Source of the DNA: Somniosus microcephalus
Lineage: Eukaryota
NCBI GenBank assembly: GCA_052327205.1
Contig: CM126205.1
Coordinates: forward strand, 241,862,001 to 241,926,000
Reading direction: 5' to 3'
Length of the DNA: 64,000 nucleotides
Made by a program: the position numbers and the translations under genes. The notes under the pieces were generated by a model that was not told where the DNA came from, made no database searches, and worked only from the letters and a program-made list of their open reading frames with translations. The first letter of the stretch is position 1. The number at the start of each line of letters is the position of its first letter. Positions 14,301 to 27,476 of this stretch are shown here, one piece after another.

Positions 14301-17300
14301 ACCACTGCCCATTATCCAGTGGTTCAAAGGTGAAAAAGAAGTTGAAGAATCGGCAAGACTTGAGGTTAAAAATTCTGATTTCAAAGCTTTACTTCTTGTT
14401 AAGGATGCAATCAGAGTGGATGGTGGGCAGTACATTCTTCAAGCTTCTAATGTGGCTGGTACAAAATCTGTTCCTATCAATGTAAAAGTGTTGGACAGAC
14501 CAGGACCTCCAGCAGGTCCAATCCAAGTTACTGGTGTGACTGCTGAAAAGTGTTCATTATCTTGGGGCTCACCACAACATGATGGTGGAAGTGATATTTC
14601 ACACTATATTATTGAGAAAAGAGAAACTAGTCGCCTTGCTTGGACTGTTGTGAGTTCAGATGTCAAAGCTACTATGCATAAAGTTACCAAGCTTTTGGAA
14701 GGTAATGAATATATCTTCCGTATAATGGCTGTCAACAAGTTTGGTGTTGGTGAACCCTTGGAGTCTGCACCCATTCTAATGAAGAACCCATTTGTACCTC
14801 CTAGTCCACCAAAATCTTTGGAAGTGACCAATATTGCAAAAGACTCAATGACTGTCTGCTGGAATAGACCAGATAACAATGGCGGTAGTGACATTATAGG
14901 TTATATTGTAGAGAAGAGGGACAGGACTGGAATCAGATGGATAAAGTGCAACAAGCATAGAGTAACAGATTTGCGCTTCAGAGTCACAGGACTCGCAGAA
15001 GACCATGAATATGAATTTAGATTATCTGCTGAAAATGCTGCTGGAATTGGTGAACCAAGTCAGCTAACAAATTTCTATAAAGCATGTGATCCTGTTTACA
15101 AACCTGGGCCACCAGCAAATCCACACGTTGCAGACACTACAAAAAATTCGATTGTGCTTGTTTGGGGAAAACCAATTTATGATGGTGGCAGTGACATTCA
15201 AGGATACATAGTAGAAATCCGCAAAGCGGATGAGGAAGACTGGGCGATGTGCACGCCACAATCTGGACTACAAGTCACCCGCTTTGAAATTGGAAAACTT
15301 ACTGAACATCAGGAATGCAACATTCGTGTATGTGCCATCAACAAGGTTGGAGTTGGTGAGCCAGCATCAGTACCCGGTACAGTTAAACCAGAAGATAAAC
15401 TTGAAGCAGCTGAAATTGAACTTCCAGCAGAGTTAAGAAAAGGAATCACAGTCAGAGCTGGTAATACTGTCAGAATCTTTATACCATTTAAAGGTAGACC
15501 AAGTCCTGAGATCAGCTGGTCAAAGGATGAGGGCGAACTACCTGAAAAGTCTCAAGTAGAAAAGGGCCTAAATTATACTCAAGTAACAATAGACAATTGT
15601 GATAGAAATGATGCTGGGAAATATATTCTGACTTTGGTGAACAGCAGTGGTACTAAGTCTGCATTTGTTACAGTAAAAGTTCTTGACACACCTGGAGCTC
15701 CACAAAATTTAACTGTAAAGGATATAAGGAAAGAATCAGTTACATTACTGTGGGAACCACCCATTATTGATGGAGGTGCAAAGATTAAAAACTATGTTAT
15801 TGATAAGCGAGAATCAACCAGAAAAGCTTATGCTAATATAACTGCTAAATGTAACAAGTGCAGTTTCAAAGCTGAGAATCTTACTGAAGGAGCTATTTAT
15901 TACTTCCGAGTGATGGCAGAGAATGAGTTTGGTGTTGGTATACCTGTTGAGACTATGGATGCTGTAAAGACATCTGAGCCACCTTTACCACCAGGAAAAA
16001 TCACCCTTGTTGATGTCACTCAAAAGAGTGTGTCTCTAATTTGGGAGAAGCCTGAACATGATGGAGGTAGCAAAATCATGGGATACTTGGTTGAAATGCA
16101 GCCTAAAGGATCTGACCAATGGAGTGTTGTTACCCAATCCAAGACATGTGATGCAGTAATTTCTGGTCTCAGTTCAGGGCAGGAATATCTCTTCCGTGTA
16201 ATTGCTTTCAATGAGAAAGGAAAAAGTGATCCTAGACTCTTGGCTGTGCCAGTGATAGCTAAAGATCAAAGTATTGCTCCTGAATTCAGACTCATGTTCA
16301 ACACATATAGTGTCCAGGCCGGGGAGAACCTAAAGGTTGAGGTTCCATTTATTGGTCGTCCTGAACCTAAGATTATATGGATGAAGAATGGACAGACACT
16401 AAAACAGACAACAAGAGTTAATGTGGAGGAAGCAGCAACAGCAACAATCCTTTTTATTAAAGAAAGTCACAGAGATGACTATGGGAAGTATTCAGTAAGT
16501 GCTTCAAACAGTGCCGGGACAGTAACAGAAGAGATTGGCATTATTGTGCTTGATAAGCCAGGTCCTCCAGTTGGACCATTACGATTTGATGAAGTTAGTG
16601 CTGATTTTGTCATAATATCATGGGATCCACCAGCGTATACTGGAGGCTGTCAAATTAACAACTACATTGTTGAAAAGCGGGACACAACTACTACTGCTTG
16701 GCAGCTGGTGTCTGCAACTGTGGCAAGAACAACTATTAAAGTTAGTAAACTTACCACAGGATCTGAATATCAGTTCAGAATCTTTGCTGAAAATAGATAT
16801 GGAAAGAGTTCATCTTTAGATTCTACAGCAGTCATTGCACAGTACCCATACAAACAACCTGGTCCACCAGGCACTCCATTTGTGTCAGCTGCTACAAAGG
16901 ACACCATGTATGTACAATGGAATGAACCAGTGATTGATGGTGGAAGTAACATTTTGGGTTACCATCTTGAACGCAAAGAAAGGAACAGTATTCTTTGGAC
17001 AAAATTGAACAAAACAATTATTCAAGATACCCATTACAAGTGTAATAATCTAGAAGAAGGTATTGAATATGAGTTCAGAGTTTATGCAGAGAATATTGTT
17101 GGCACTGGTAAATCTAGCAAGGTGTCTGAATGTTATGTAGCCCGTGATCCTTGTGATCCTCCTGGCCATCCTGATGCTGTTGTCATCACAAGAAATTATG
17201 TTACTCTACAATGGAAAAAACCTCAGTATGATGGTGGTAGCAAAATTACTGGATACGTGGTAGAAAAGAAAGAACTTCCTGATGGCCGCTGGATGAAAGC

Positions 17301-20300
17301 TAGTTTTACCAACATAATTGACACTGAATTTACTATTACTGGATTAACTGAAGATGCAAGATATGAATTTAGAGCAATTGCGAGAAATGCAGCTGGTATT
17401 TTCAGTGAACCATCTGAAAGCACTGGACCAATTACAGCAACAGATGAAATTGAAGCTCCAAGAGCTTCCATGGACCCTAAGTACAAAGATGTAATAGTTG
17501 TTAATGCAGGGGACAGCTTTGTACTGGAGGCTGACATCTATGGTAAACCTGTACCTGATGTAACATGGATCAAAGATGGCAAAGATATTGAAGCAAATGT
17601 TGCCAGAATGGAGACTAAATCTACCATTCAAAAAACTAGTCTGACTGTCAAGGACTGTATACGAATTGATGGAGGACACTATGTACTTAAGCTCAGTAAT
17701 GTAGGTGGAACAAAATCTATTCCAATAACTGTTAAGGTCCTTGATAGGCCTGGTCCTCCTGAAGGTGTTTTGACGGTTTCTGGTGTAACTGCTGAAAAGT
17801 GCTACTTGGCTTGGAACCCACCTTCTCAGGATGGCGGTGCCAATATTTCTCACTACATAATAGAAAAGAGAGAAACTTCCAGACTTTCATGGACACAAGT
17901 AGCACCTAATGTGCAAGCTATTAGTCACAAAGTAACCAAACTTCTTCCGGGTAATGAGTATATATTCCGTGTAATGGCAGTAAACAAATATGGAATTGGT
18001 GAACCACTGGAATCTGAGCCAATTGTGGCTAAAAACCCATTCCATACACCGAGTGCACCAACAGTGCCTGAGGTTACAACTATTACTAAAGACTCTATGG
18101 TTGTGACATGGGGGCACCCTGATGATGATGGCGGAACTGAAATTGAAGGTTATATACTGGAGAAGCGAGACAAAGATGGAGTTAGATGGACAAAGTGCAA
18201 TAAAAAGAGGTTGAGTGATTTAAGGTTTAGAGCTACTGGTTTAACAGAAGGTCATTTCTACGAATTCCGTGTATCTGCTGAAAATGCTGCTGGTGTAGGT
18301 GATCTAAGTGAGCCATCCACTTTCTACAGAGCTTGTGATGTAGTATATGTTCCTGGTCCACCAAACAATCCAAAGGTGGCAGACACAACAAGTTCAACAG
18401 TAGCCCTTGCATGGGGCAAGCCAATTTATGATGGTGGAGCTAAAATTAAGGGTTATACTGTAGAGATGAAAGAAACTAATAGTGATGACTGGATCACATG
18501 CACGCCTCCAACAGGTGTGCAATCAACACATTTCACAGTAGCAGACTTGAAGGAGAATATTGAGTATAACATCCGTATCTGTGCCATTAATTCAGAAGGA
18601 GTAGGAGAACCTGCTAGTGTTTCTGGTACTGTAATTGCAGCTGATAAGCTTGAGCCACCAGAAATTGAGCTAGATGCTAATCTCAGAAAGGTTGTGACTG
18701 TACGTGCTGGTGGTACTTTGAGATTATTTGTTCCTATTAAAGGCAGACCTGAGCCTGAAGTAAAATGGGAAAAAGCTGAAGGTGCTCTAAGTGAGCGAGC
18801 CCAGATTGAAGTTACAAGCTCTTACACCATGTTGGTTGTCGATAATGTTAACAGATTTCACAGTGGCAAGTATAATTTGACTTTGGAAAATAACAGTGGT
18901 ATTAAATCTGCTTTTGTTAACGTCAGAGTACTTGATTCACCAAGTACTCCTGTGAACCTACACATAAAAGAAGTGAAGAAAGATTCAGTGACTATATCAT
19001 GGGAACCACCTCTTATTGATGGTGGTGCAAAAATCACTAATTACATTGTTGAAAAACGTGAGTCTACCAGAAAGGCTTATGCTGCTGTTACCAACAATTG
19101 TACTAAAAACACATTCAAAATTGATTCACTTCAAGAAGGCGGTATTTATTTATTCCGTGTAATGGCAGTCAATGAGTATGGAATAGGCTTGCCAGCAGAG
19201 ACTGCTGAGCCCATTAAAGCATCTGAGATACCCTTACCTCCTGGCAAAGTGACATTGGTAGATATAACACGAAATAGTGCAACACTTACCTGGGAGAAAC
19301 CTGAGTATGATGGAGGTAGCAAAATAACTTCCTACATTGTTGAAATGCAGACGAAAGGAAGTGAAAAATGGATTTCATGTGCTCAAGTAAAAGCACTAGA
19401 GACAACAGTGAAAGGACTAACCACAGGTGAGGAATACACCTTTCGTGTAAAAGCTGTGAATGAGAAAGGAAAGAGTGATCCAAGACAGTTGGGAGTACCA
19501 GTGATTGCAAAAGATGTTGAAATTGAGCCATCTGTTGAGCTTCTTTTCAACAGTTTTAGTGTAAAGGCTGGTGATGACATCAAGATTGATATACCATTTA
19601 GAGGAAGACCTTTGCCAACTGTGACCTGGAAGAAAGATGGCCAGGCTTTGAAACAGACAACACGAATAAATATTCAGACATCAACAACATCAACACTTCT
19701 GAGCATCAAGGAAGCCTTAAAGGAAGATGTTGGAAAATATGAAGTAACTGTTTCCAATAGTACAGGATCAAAAACCTTCTTAATTACCATTATTGTTCTT
19801 GACAAACCTGGACCACCTGGTTCTATTCATATTGATGAAGTCAGTTCTGATAATATAACTATATCTTGGAAGGCACCAGAGTATGATGGTGGCTGCCAAA
19901 TTAACAATTATATTGTTGAAAAGAGAGACACTACTACAACAGCATGGGAAACTGTTTCTGCTACTGTAGCAAGAACATCAATTAAGGTCTCACGTCTTAC
20001 AGCAAAATGCGAATACCAGTTCCGTGTTTATGCAGAAAACCGATATGGCAAGAGCCACTATAGTGAATCTTCTGCTATTGTTGCAGAGTATCCATTTAAA
20101 CCACCTGGTCCTCCTTCAACTCCTATTGTTGCACATGCTACCAAAGGTTATATGATTGTAAAGTGGAACGAACCAGTTATTGATGGAGGTTCCAAAATTG
20201 TTGGGTACCACCTGGAATGCAAAGAAAGAAGCAGTATCTTGTGGACAAAGATGAATCGAGGTCCTATAATTGACACAAAAATGAAAGTAACTGGCCTTGA

Positions 20301-22459
20301 AGAAGGTCTAGTATATGAGTATCGTGTGTATGCCGAGAACATTGCTGGTATTGGTAAAAGCAGTAAGGTTTCTGAAGCTGTTGCAGCAAGGGACCCATGT
20401 GATCATCCAGGTCAACCTGAAGTAACATATATTACCAGAACCTCTGTTTCACTATCTTGGACCAAGCCGGAATATGATGGTGGTGCTAAAGTTACTGGTT
20501 ATATTGTTGAATGCAGGGAGCTACCCGATGGACGCTGGCTTAAGTGTAATTTTACTAACGTCCAAGAAACATATTTTGATGTTACTGGTCTTAATGAAGA
20601 TCAGCGCTATGAGTTCCATGTTATTGCAAAGAATGCTGCAGGTTTATTCAGTGAACCATCTGAATCAACAGGTCCCATTACTGTAAAGGATGATATGGAA
20701 GCCCCAAGAATTATGATGGATGCCAAATTTAAAGAGGTTGTTGCTAGGGCTGGTGACACTGTCAAGGTTAATGCAGATATTGCAGGTCGTCCTCTTCCAG
20801 TGATATCATGGACAAAGGATGGTAAGGAGCTTGAAGGACAAGCTAGAGTTGAAATCCAGTCAACTGACAACAACACTGCAATTGTCATTAAGGACTGTAT
20901 TAGGCGAGACTCAGGGCAATATGTTGTAACATTGCAGAATGTTGCAGGAACAAGATCCCTGGCTATTAACTGCAAGGTACTTGATAGACCAGGTCCACCT
21001 GCTGGTCCTTTGGAAATAACTGGCCGTACCGCAGAAAAGTGTTCACTGTCATGGGCACCACCTCAAGAGAATGGAGGAGCAGAAATTGATCACTATATTG
21101 TAGAAAAGCGTGAAACAAGTCGTATTGCTTGGACCTGTGTAACAACTGACTTACAAACAACATCCTGTAAAGTAACTAAACTGCTTAAAGGCAACGAGTA
21201 TGTTTTCAGAGTGATGGGAGTGAATAAGTATGGCGTTGGTGAAGTTTTAGAAAGTGAACCTGTAAAAGCCATGGATCCATTCACAATTCCCAGTGCACCA
21301 AAATCTATAGAAATTACCAATGTCACAAAGAATACCATGACTATCTGCTGGGAAAGACCTGACAGTGATGGTGGAAATCCAATTGCTGGATACATTATTG
21401 AGAAGCGCGAAAAGAATGGTTTACGCTGGGTTCGAGTTACTAAGAAACCTGTGTATGATCTAAGAGTAAAAGCAACAGGGCTACGTGAAGGTGCTGAATA
21501 TGAATATCGTGTGCAGGCAGAAAATGCTGCCGGTGTTGGTCCTCCAAGTGAATCGTCGGTATTGATCCGTGCAGAAGATCCAGTTTTCATACCTTCTCCT
21601 CCATCCAAACCAAAAATTATTGACTCAGCAAAGACAAGCATTACTGTTGGCTGGAAAAAGCCGCTGTTTGATGGTGGAGCGCCTGTCACTGGATACACTG
21701 TAGAGTATAAAAAGTCTGAAGACACTGAATGGACAACAGCAGTTCAGAATTTGAGAGGCACAGAATATACAGTACTTGGACTTACATCTGGAACAGAGTA
21801 TCTTTTCTGTGTACGATCTATTAACAAAGTTGGTGTTAGTGATCCAAGTGAAATATCTGACCCACAAATTGCAAAAGAAAGAGAAGAGGAGCCTGCATTT
21901 GATCTTGATAATGAAATGCGCAAAACTTTGATTGTCAAGGCTGGAAGTTCCTTTACATTAACTGTACCTTTTAGAGGAAAACCAGTACCCAATATAATGT
22001 GGAGCAAACCTGATGTAGATCTCCGTGCAAGAGGAAGTATTGATACTACTGATTCAAGTACATCTTTAACAATAGAGAAAGCAACAAGAAATGACTGTGG
22101 TAAATACACATTAACATTGCAGAATATATTAGCTACTGCCACACTAACTCTAGTTGTCAAGGTCCTGGATTCCCCTGGACCTCCTGGCACTATTATTGCA
22201 AAAGAAGTTACCAAAGAATCTGTAATGCTAGCCTGGGATGTACCAGAAAATGAAGGTGGTGCTCGTGTGAAGAATTATCATATTGAAAAACGTGAAGCTA
22301 GTAAGAAGGCATGGGTCACTGTAACAAGCAACTGTCAACGTCTTACTTACAAAGTTAGTAACTTACAAGAAGGCAGCATTTACTACTTCCGTGTCCGGGG
22401 AGAAAATGAGTTTGGTGTTGGTGTACCCATTGAGAGCAAGGAGGGTGTTAAAGTGACAG
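5357..22459 (+). CDS. TTN: TTN giant A-band exon (~326; 17,103 nt), C-zone 11-domain super-repeats
   Basis: 5708-aa uninterrupted ORF of Ig/Fn3 domains; atacag|ATGTACC ... GTGACAG|gtaatt. Confidence 0.98.
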
Positions 22460-22859
22460 GTAATTTATCAATTTCTTACAATCTTTTGAACATTTTCATT
22501 AACAGTTATTGAACTATAATACCTAACTATGGGGCATAACCATATTGCATTGATGTTCTAGCGTGTTACATCACAGAATTAACAATAAATCTTTGCATAA
22601 TTTCTTATAGGCCGAGTTAGCAATTTCAGCTGAGCCATTTGTATATGGTTATAAAGAGAAATATGCTATTTCTCAAAAGGTGGGAATGATTAACCTGGGC
22701 AGCTCTCAACTACCTTCTACTTATTTTTACAGTTCATAGGGTTAGAATGGGCCAGCTGCTCTTTTATAGCGGAATGGTGTATGGTATAAGAAAAACAAAA
22801 ATTGAGAATTATTACTTACAAATAAATATGGGTTAGCATATTAATTGCAGTGACACATC

Positions 22860-23482
22860 GGGGTAGAAATTTGTCTGTGCCTAGTTTTGGCCATGAATGC
22901 GGCGATGTGGCCACAACATGCACACGAACCAGGAGGCCCAAGATGGCCTTGAAATTGGGCCTTGGACCTCATTAATATTAATTGGGTGAGCTGCCGGCTC
23001 TTGTCGCGCCTCCATAGACACTCACCCATTTGAATAAAATGAATGCCGGACCACTTAGCTTGCTGGCAGCAGCCCGAAGGTAAGTCCTGGGAGGGAAGAG
23101 GGTGAACGGCATGAGGGGTCGGGGGGGGCGGGGGAGGTGGCTTGGATACTATGGAATCAGCAGGGGCACTCCTGCTCCTCCTGGCTCCACAGCAACATTT
23201 TATCAATTTTTTGTTTTAAAATCTTACCATTTGTCGGCAGTCACTGCTTAGACCCCAGCAGTCACTGAATAATCGAGTGGAGCAATTCCAACGCTGGGTC
23301 CGCTGTGTGATATCCAATTTCCCAGAGGTGGCATTAGAAAATCTCATTTACATTTATAAGGGGCCTAATACGGTTTTTGGCGACTGCCAGGGACGCCTGA
23401 AAAAAGGCCTGACCTCATATCAGGCTAGACATCTTTCAGGCATGGAATTAAAACGGGCACAATGAGGTCCAATTTCTACCCC
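22860..23482. mobile_element. Non-autonomous DNA transposon/MITE (probably PIF/Harbinger-like)
   Basis: 12-bp terminal inverted repeats ggggtagaaatt / aatttctacccc bracketing a GC-richer 623-bp block; no clear TSD. Confidence 0.7.
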
Positions 23483-23915
23483 TTGTGCCACAGAGTGTAG
23501 GATATAGATTCTCTCTTCTCATTCCTGATATGATTCACTCTCAATCTTGAGCAGTTCATTTGGTGGAGATGTCAAGTGGATGTGAGGTGCAACCAAAAGG
23601 GAGGAAGAAAATATTTGAGAGTAGGTCAACCAATTTTGTTGTGCAATTTGTAGAAGTAAGTATAAAAATATCAAATATCAAGTTTCCTGTTTGCATTCTC
23701 AAGTTGGACATGGTTCACGGTATGGGGAGATTTAAGGAAGGAAACCAAAGGAAATAGCATACAAAATAAAAATGAGCAGAGAAAAATGTTTTAAGTATTC
23801 TACTTGTTAATTTGTTCTGTTATTATCAGTATTCTTAATTGAGGCAACATATATTAAAATCTCGAAAGTGTATCTGACATTGATAAGCTGAAAAGTAACA
23901 TTATATTTTTTTCAG

Positions 23916-24212
23916 AAAAACCAAGTACACCTGAGCGACTTGGAGTTATAAATGTCACCAAAGACAGTGTTTCACTTACTTGGTTGAAGCCAGAACATGA
24001 TGGAGGCAGTAGGATCACAAACTACCTTATAGAAGCTCTTGAAAAAGGCCAGCAAAAGTGGGTTAAATGTGCAGTTGTGAAGACCACACACCATGTTATA
24101 CATGGTTTGAAAGAAAATGTTGACTATTTCTTCAGAGTATCTGCTGAAAATCAAGCTGGCCTCAGTGATCCAAAGGAAATGCTTCTACCAGTAACAGTTA
24201 AAGAACAACTCG
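23916..24212 (+). CDS. TTN: TTN exon ~327 (297 nt), Fn3
   Basis: ttcag|AAAAACC ... CTCG|gtaatt. Confidence 0.95.
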
Positions 24213-24380
24213 GTAATTATTATTAATATTATAATGATGAAATTCTGTAGTATGAACAGTCATAATTTATGTGATTACTTGAAACCAAAAAGTGTACGTT
24301 TTCTTTAGCTCCAGTAGCATTTTTGGGCATTATGATTTATTCAATGAACCAAAACCACTATTTTTTTTAATTATTTTCAG

Positions 24381-24968
24381 AGTCACCTGAAATTGACATG
24401 AAGAACTTCTCACACCACACTGTGTATGTTAGAGCTGGATCCAACCTAAAATTTGAAATCCCAATATCTGGCAAGCCACAGCCAAAAGTATCTTGGTCCA
24501 AAGATGGCATTTGTGTGAAGTCAACCATGAGATTTAATACTGAAATGACTGCCGAAAGCATGATTGTGAACCTGAAAGAAAGTGTTGCTGGTGATGCTGG
24601 TCGATATGATATTACTGCTGCCAACTCCAGTGGAACGACAAAGTCATTTGTTAATATCGTTGTGCTTGACAGACCTGGACCTCCAATAGGCCCTGTAAAT
24701 ATTAGTGATGTTACTGAAGATAGTGTAACACTGAGATGGCAACCACCAACTTATGATGGTGGCAGTCACGTAACAAATTATATTGTTTTGAAAAGAGAAA
24801 CCAGCACTGCTGCTTGGTCAGAAGTGTCTGCTACTGCAGCAAGAAGTATAATCAAAGTCATGAAGCTGATTACTGGAGAGGAATACCAGTTCCGCATCAA
24901 AGCCGAGAACCGCTTTGGAATCAGTGACCATATTGACTCCACATGTGTCACAGTCAAATTACCATACA
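24381..24968 (+). CDS. TTN: TTN exon ~328 (588 nt), Ig+Fn3
   Basis: ttcag|AGTCACC ... TACA|gtaagt. Confidence 0.95.
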
Positions 24969-25084
24969 GTAAGTTGCTTACTTATTGAGCAATAACATGA
25001 TTATTGAGCATAGCAAAGAATATCATGATTATTGTTCATTTTATCTATTTACACTGTTAACTGTATATTAACTATATTTTCTAG

Positions 25085-25387
25085 CAACACCTGGAGCTCC
25101 ATCAACTCCATGGGTAACTAATGTCACCAGGGAGAGTATAACAGTGGGCTGGCATGAGCCAGTTTCTGATGGTGGCAGCCATGTGATTGGATATCACTTA
25201 GAAATGAAAGATAGAAACAGCATTTTATGGCAGAAAGTTAACAAGACCGTTATTCGTACAACACACATGAAGGTCACAAATATCAGTGCTGGACTTATCT
25301 ACGAATTCCGTGTATATGCAGAAAATGCTGCAGGCATTGGCAAAGTCGGCCATCCTTCTGATCAAGTTCTTGCAATTGATGCTTGTG
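25085..25387 (+). CDS. TTN: TTN exon ~329 (303 nt), Fn3
   Basis: ctag|CAACACC ... TGTG|gtatgt. Confidence 0.95.
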
Positions 25388-25515
25388 GTATGTATTCACC
25401 TAAATTGTCCTTGATTTCTTTTTGATCAAATGTAGAATTGCATTATTGTTTAGACTAAGCCAATATTTGCATGTATGATCGGATAATTAAATCTCAACAT
25501 ACGTTCCTTTTTCAG

Positions 25516-25812
25516 AATTTCCAACAAACGTACATGTAACAGATGTTACAAAGAGCTTCGTAAGCCTCAGTTGGAAAAAACCAGCTTATGATGGTGGCAG
25601 CAAGATCACTGGCTACATTGTTGAAAAACGTGATTTGCCAAATGGGAGATGGACAAAGGGCAGCTTTACAAATGTCATTGAGACTCAGTTTACTGTCTCA
25701 GGTTTGACTCAAGATGCACAGTATGAATTCCGTGTATTTGCGAAGAATGCAATTGGTTCAATAAGTAATCCATCTGAAGTTGTTGGACCTGTAACATGCC
25801 ATGATACCTTTG
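25516..25812 (+). CDS. TTN: TTN exon ~330 (297 nt), Fn3
   Basis: ttcag|AATTTCC ... TTTG|gtaact. Confidence 0.93.
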
Positions 25813-25911
25813 GTAACTATTTTTCTTCTAACAATAATATATCTACATATGAAGAATTTTTTTGTGATTAGTATTTCTAATGATATCACTATTATTAATT
25901 TTGATTCATAG

Positions 25912-26199
25912 GTGCACCTCAGGTTGACTTGCCAATGGAGTATATGGATATTGTCAAATTTAAGGCTGGTTCAGCCATACAGATTAAAGTTGGCATCTCT
26001 GGCAAGCCTCTACCATCCATTGAATGGTACAAAAATGGTAAAGAACTTGAGACAAGTTCTCAAGTCTTTATTGAAAACACAACTGACTCTGCAGCAGTAA
26101 TAATTAAGGATGCCACTCGTATCAACAGTGGAGACTATGAAGTCAAACTTAAAAATCCCATGGGCTCAGCATCAGGAACAATCAAATTACAAGTACTAG
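25912..26199 (+). CDS. TTN: TTN exon ~331 (288 nt), Ig
   Basis: catag|GTGCACC ... CTAG|gtatgt. Confidence 0.95.
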
Positions 26200-26282
26200 G
26201 TATGTACGCTAACAAATTGAAGGTTTTTTTTTCCAGCTGTGCATTTTTCAAACAGTACATGACTTTTTCCTCTGTTTCACAG

Positions 26283-26582
26283 ACAAACCTGGACCTTCGG
26301 TTGGGCCTATACAGTTCAAGACTGTTACAGCTGAGAAGATCACAATCATGTGGGTTCCTCCAACAGATGATGGTGGTGCACCAGTCAACCACTATATTGT
26401 TGAAAAACGTGAGACAAGTCGAATTGTATGGTCTCTTATTTCAGAAAATTTGGAGCATTCTATCATTTCAGTACGGAATATCATTAAAGGCAATGAATAT
26501 GTGTTCCGTGTTCGAGGTGTGAACAAATATGGTGTTGGTGATCCACTGGAATCTGATGCTGTCATTGCTAAGAATCCATTTG
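26283..26582 (+). CDS. TTN: TTN exon ~332 (300 nt), Fn3
   Basis: cacag|ACAAACC ... TTTG|gtaaga. Confidence 0.95.
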
Positions 26583-26667
26583 GTAAGATAACAAGACTTT
26601 TTTTTCCACTGAATACGCTTCTTATAATTGCTATATAAAGATTAAATTTGAAACTTTTTTTCAATAG

Positions 26668-26970
26668 TTACACCCGGGCAGCCAACCATGCCTGAAGCAA
26701 CCATGATAACTAAACAGACAATGACTGTCGCCTGGAAGAGACCCACTGTTGATGGTGGCAATGAAATCAGCGGCTATATTTTGGAAAGACGAGAGAAAAA
26801 GAGTCTGCGATGGTTTAAGGTTGTTAAGGAATCTATCCGTGACACCAGGCAAAAGGTTTCTGGCCTTACAGAAGGAAATGAGTATCAGTACCGAGTGTGT
26901 GCTATTAATGCAGCGGGAGCGGGCCCATTCTCCGATCCTTCTGATTTCTATAAAGCTGCTGATCCAATTG
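26668..26970 (+). CDS. TTN: TTN exon ~333 (303 nt), Fn3
   Basis: aatag|TTACACC ... ATTG|gtatgt. Confidence 0.95.
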
Positions 26971-27076
26971 GTATGTAAAAGTAATATGAAATATGTTGAA
27001 ATTTTGCAAATATTAAGTAACAGGCAGCAATGCTTTACATGTTCATATGTTCAAATATTCACATTTTTATTTGCAG

Positions 27077-27382
27077 ACCAACCTGGCCAACCAACAAAAC
27101 TGAAGATTGTGGACAGTACTAAATCTTCCATCACTCTTGGCTGGACTAAACCTGTCTATGATGGAGGAAGCACAATATCAAACTATATAATCGAAAAGAG
27201 GGAAGCAGATGAAGAGCAATGGACAGTAGTTACTTCTAAGGATGAAGTCAGAACTACAGAATATGTTGTGTCCCAATTAAAACATGATGTAAACTACTAC
27301 TTCCGTGTCAGTGCTGTTAATGTTGCTGGGCATGGAGAACCAATTGAAATGGCAGAACCTGTAAAGGCTAAAGACATACTTG
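27077..27382 (+). CDS. TTN: TTN exon ~334 (306 nt), Fn3
   Basis: tgcag|ACCAACC ... CTTG|gtaagt. Confidence 0.95.
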
Positions 27383-27476
27383 GTAAGTATATGATATGTA
27401 GAATGCATTGAATATACATAACACGTATGTAAAGGATATTTCCTAATACATCTATATGAACATTTCTATTCTACAG

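Noticed and set aside
5559-22214. Many 60-210 aa minus-strand ORFs over the giant exon and other exons
   Set aside because: Antisense shadows of the titin frame that recur with the domain repeat; no independent protein features
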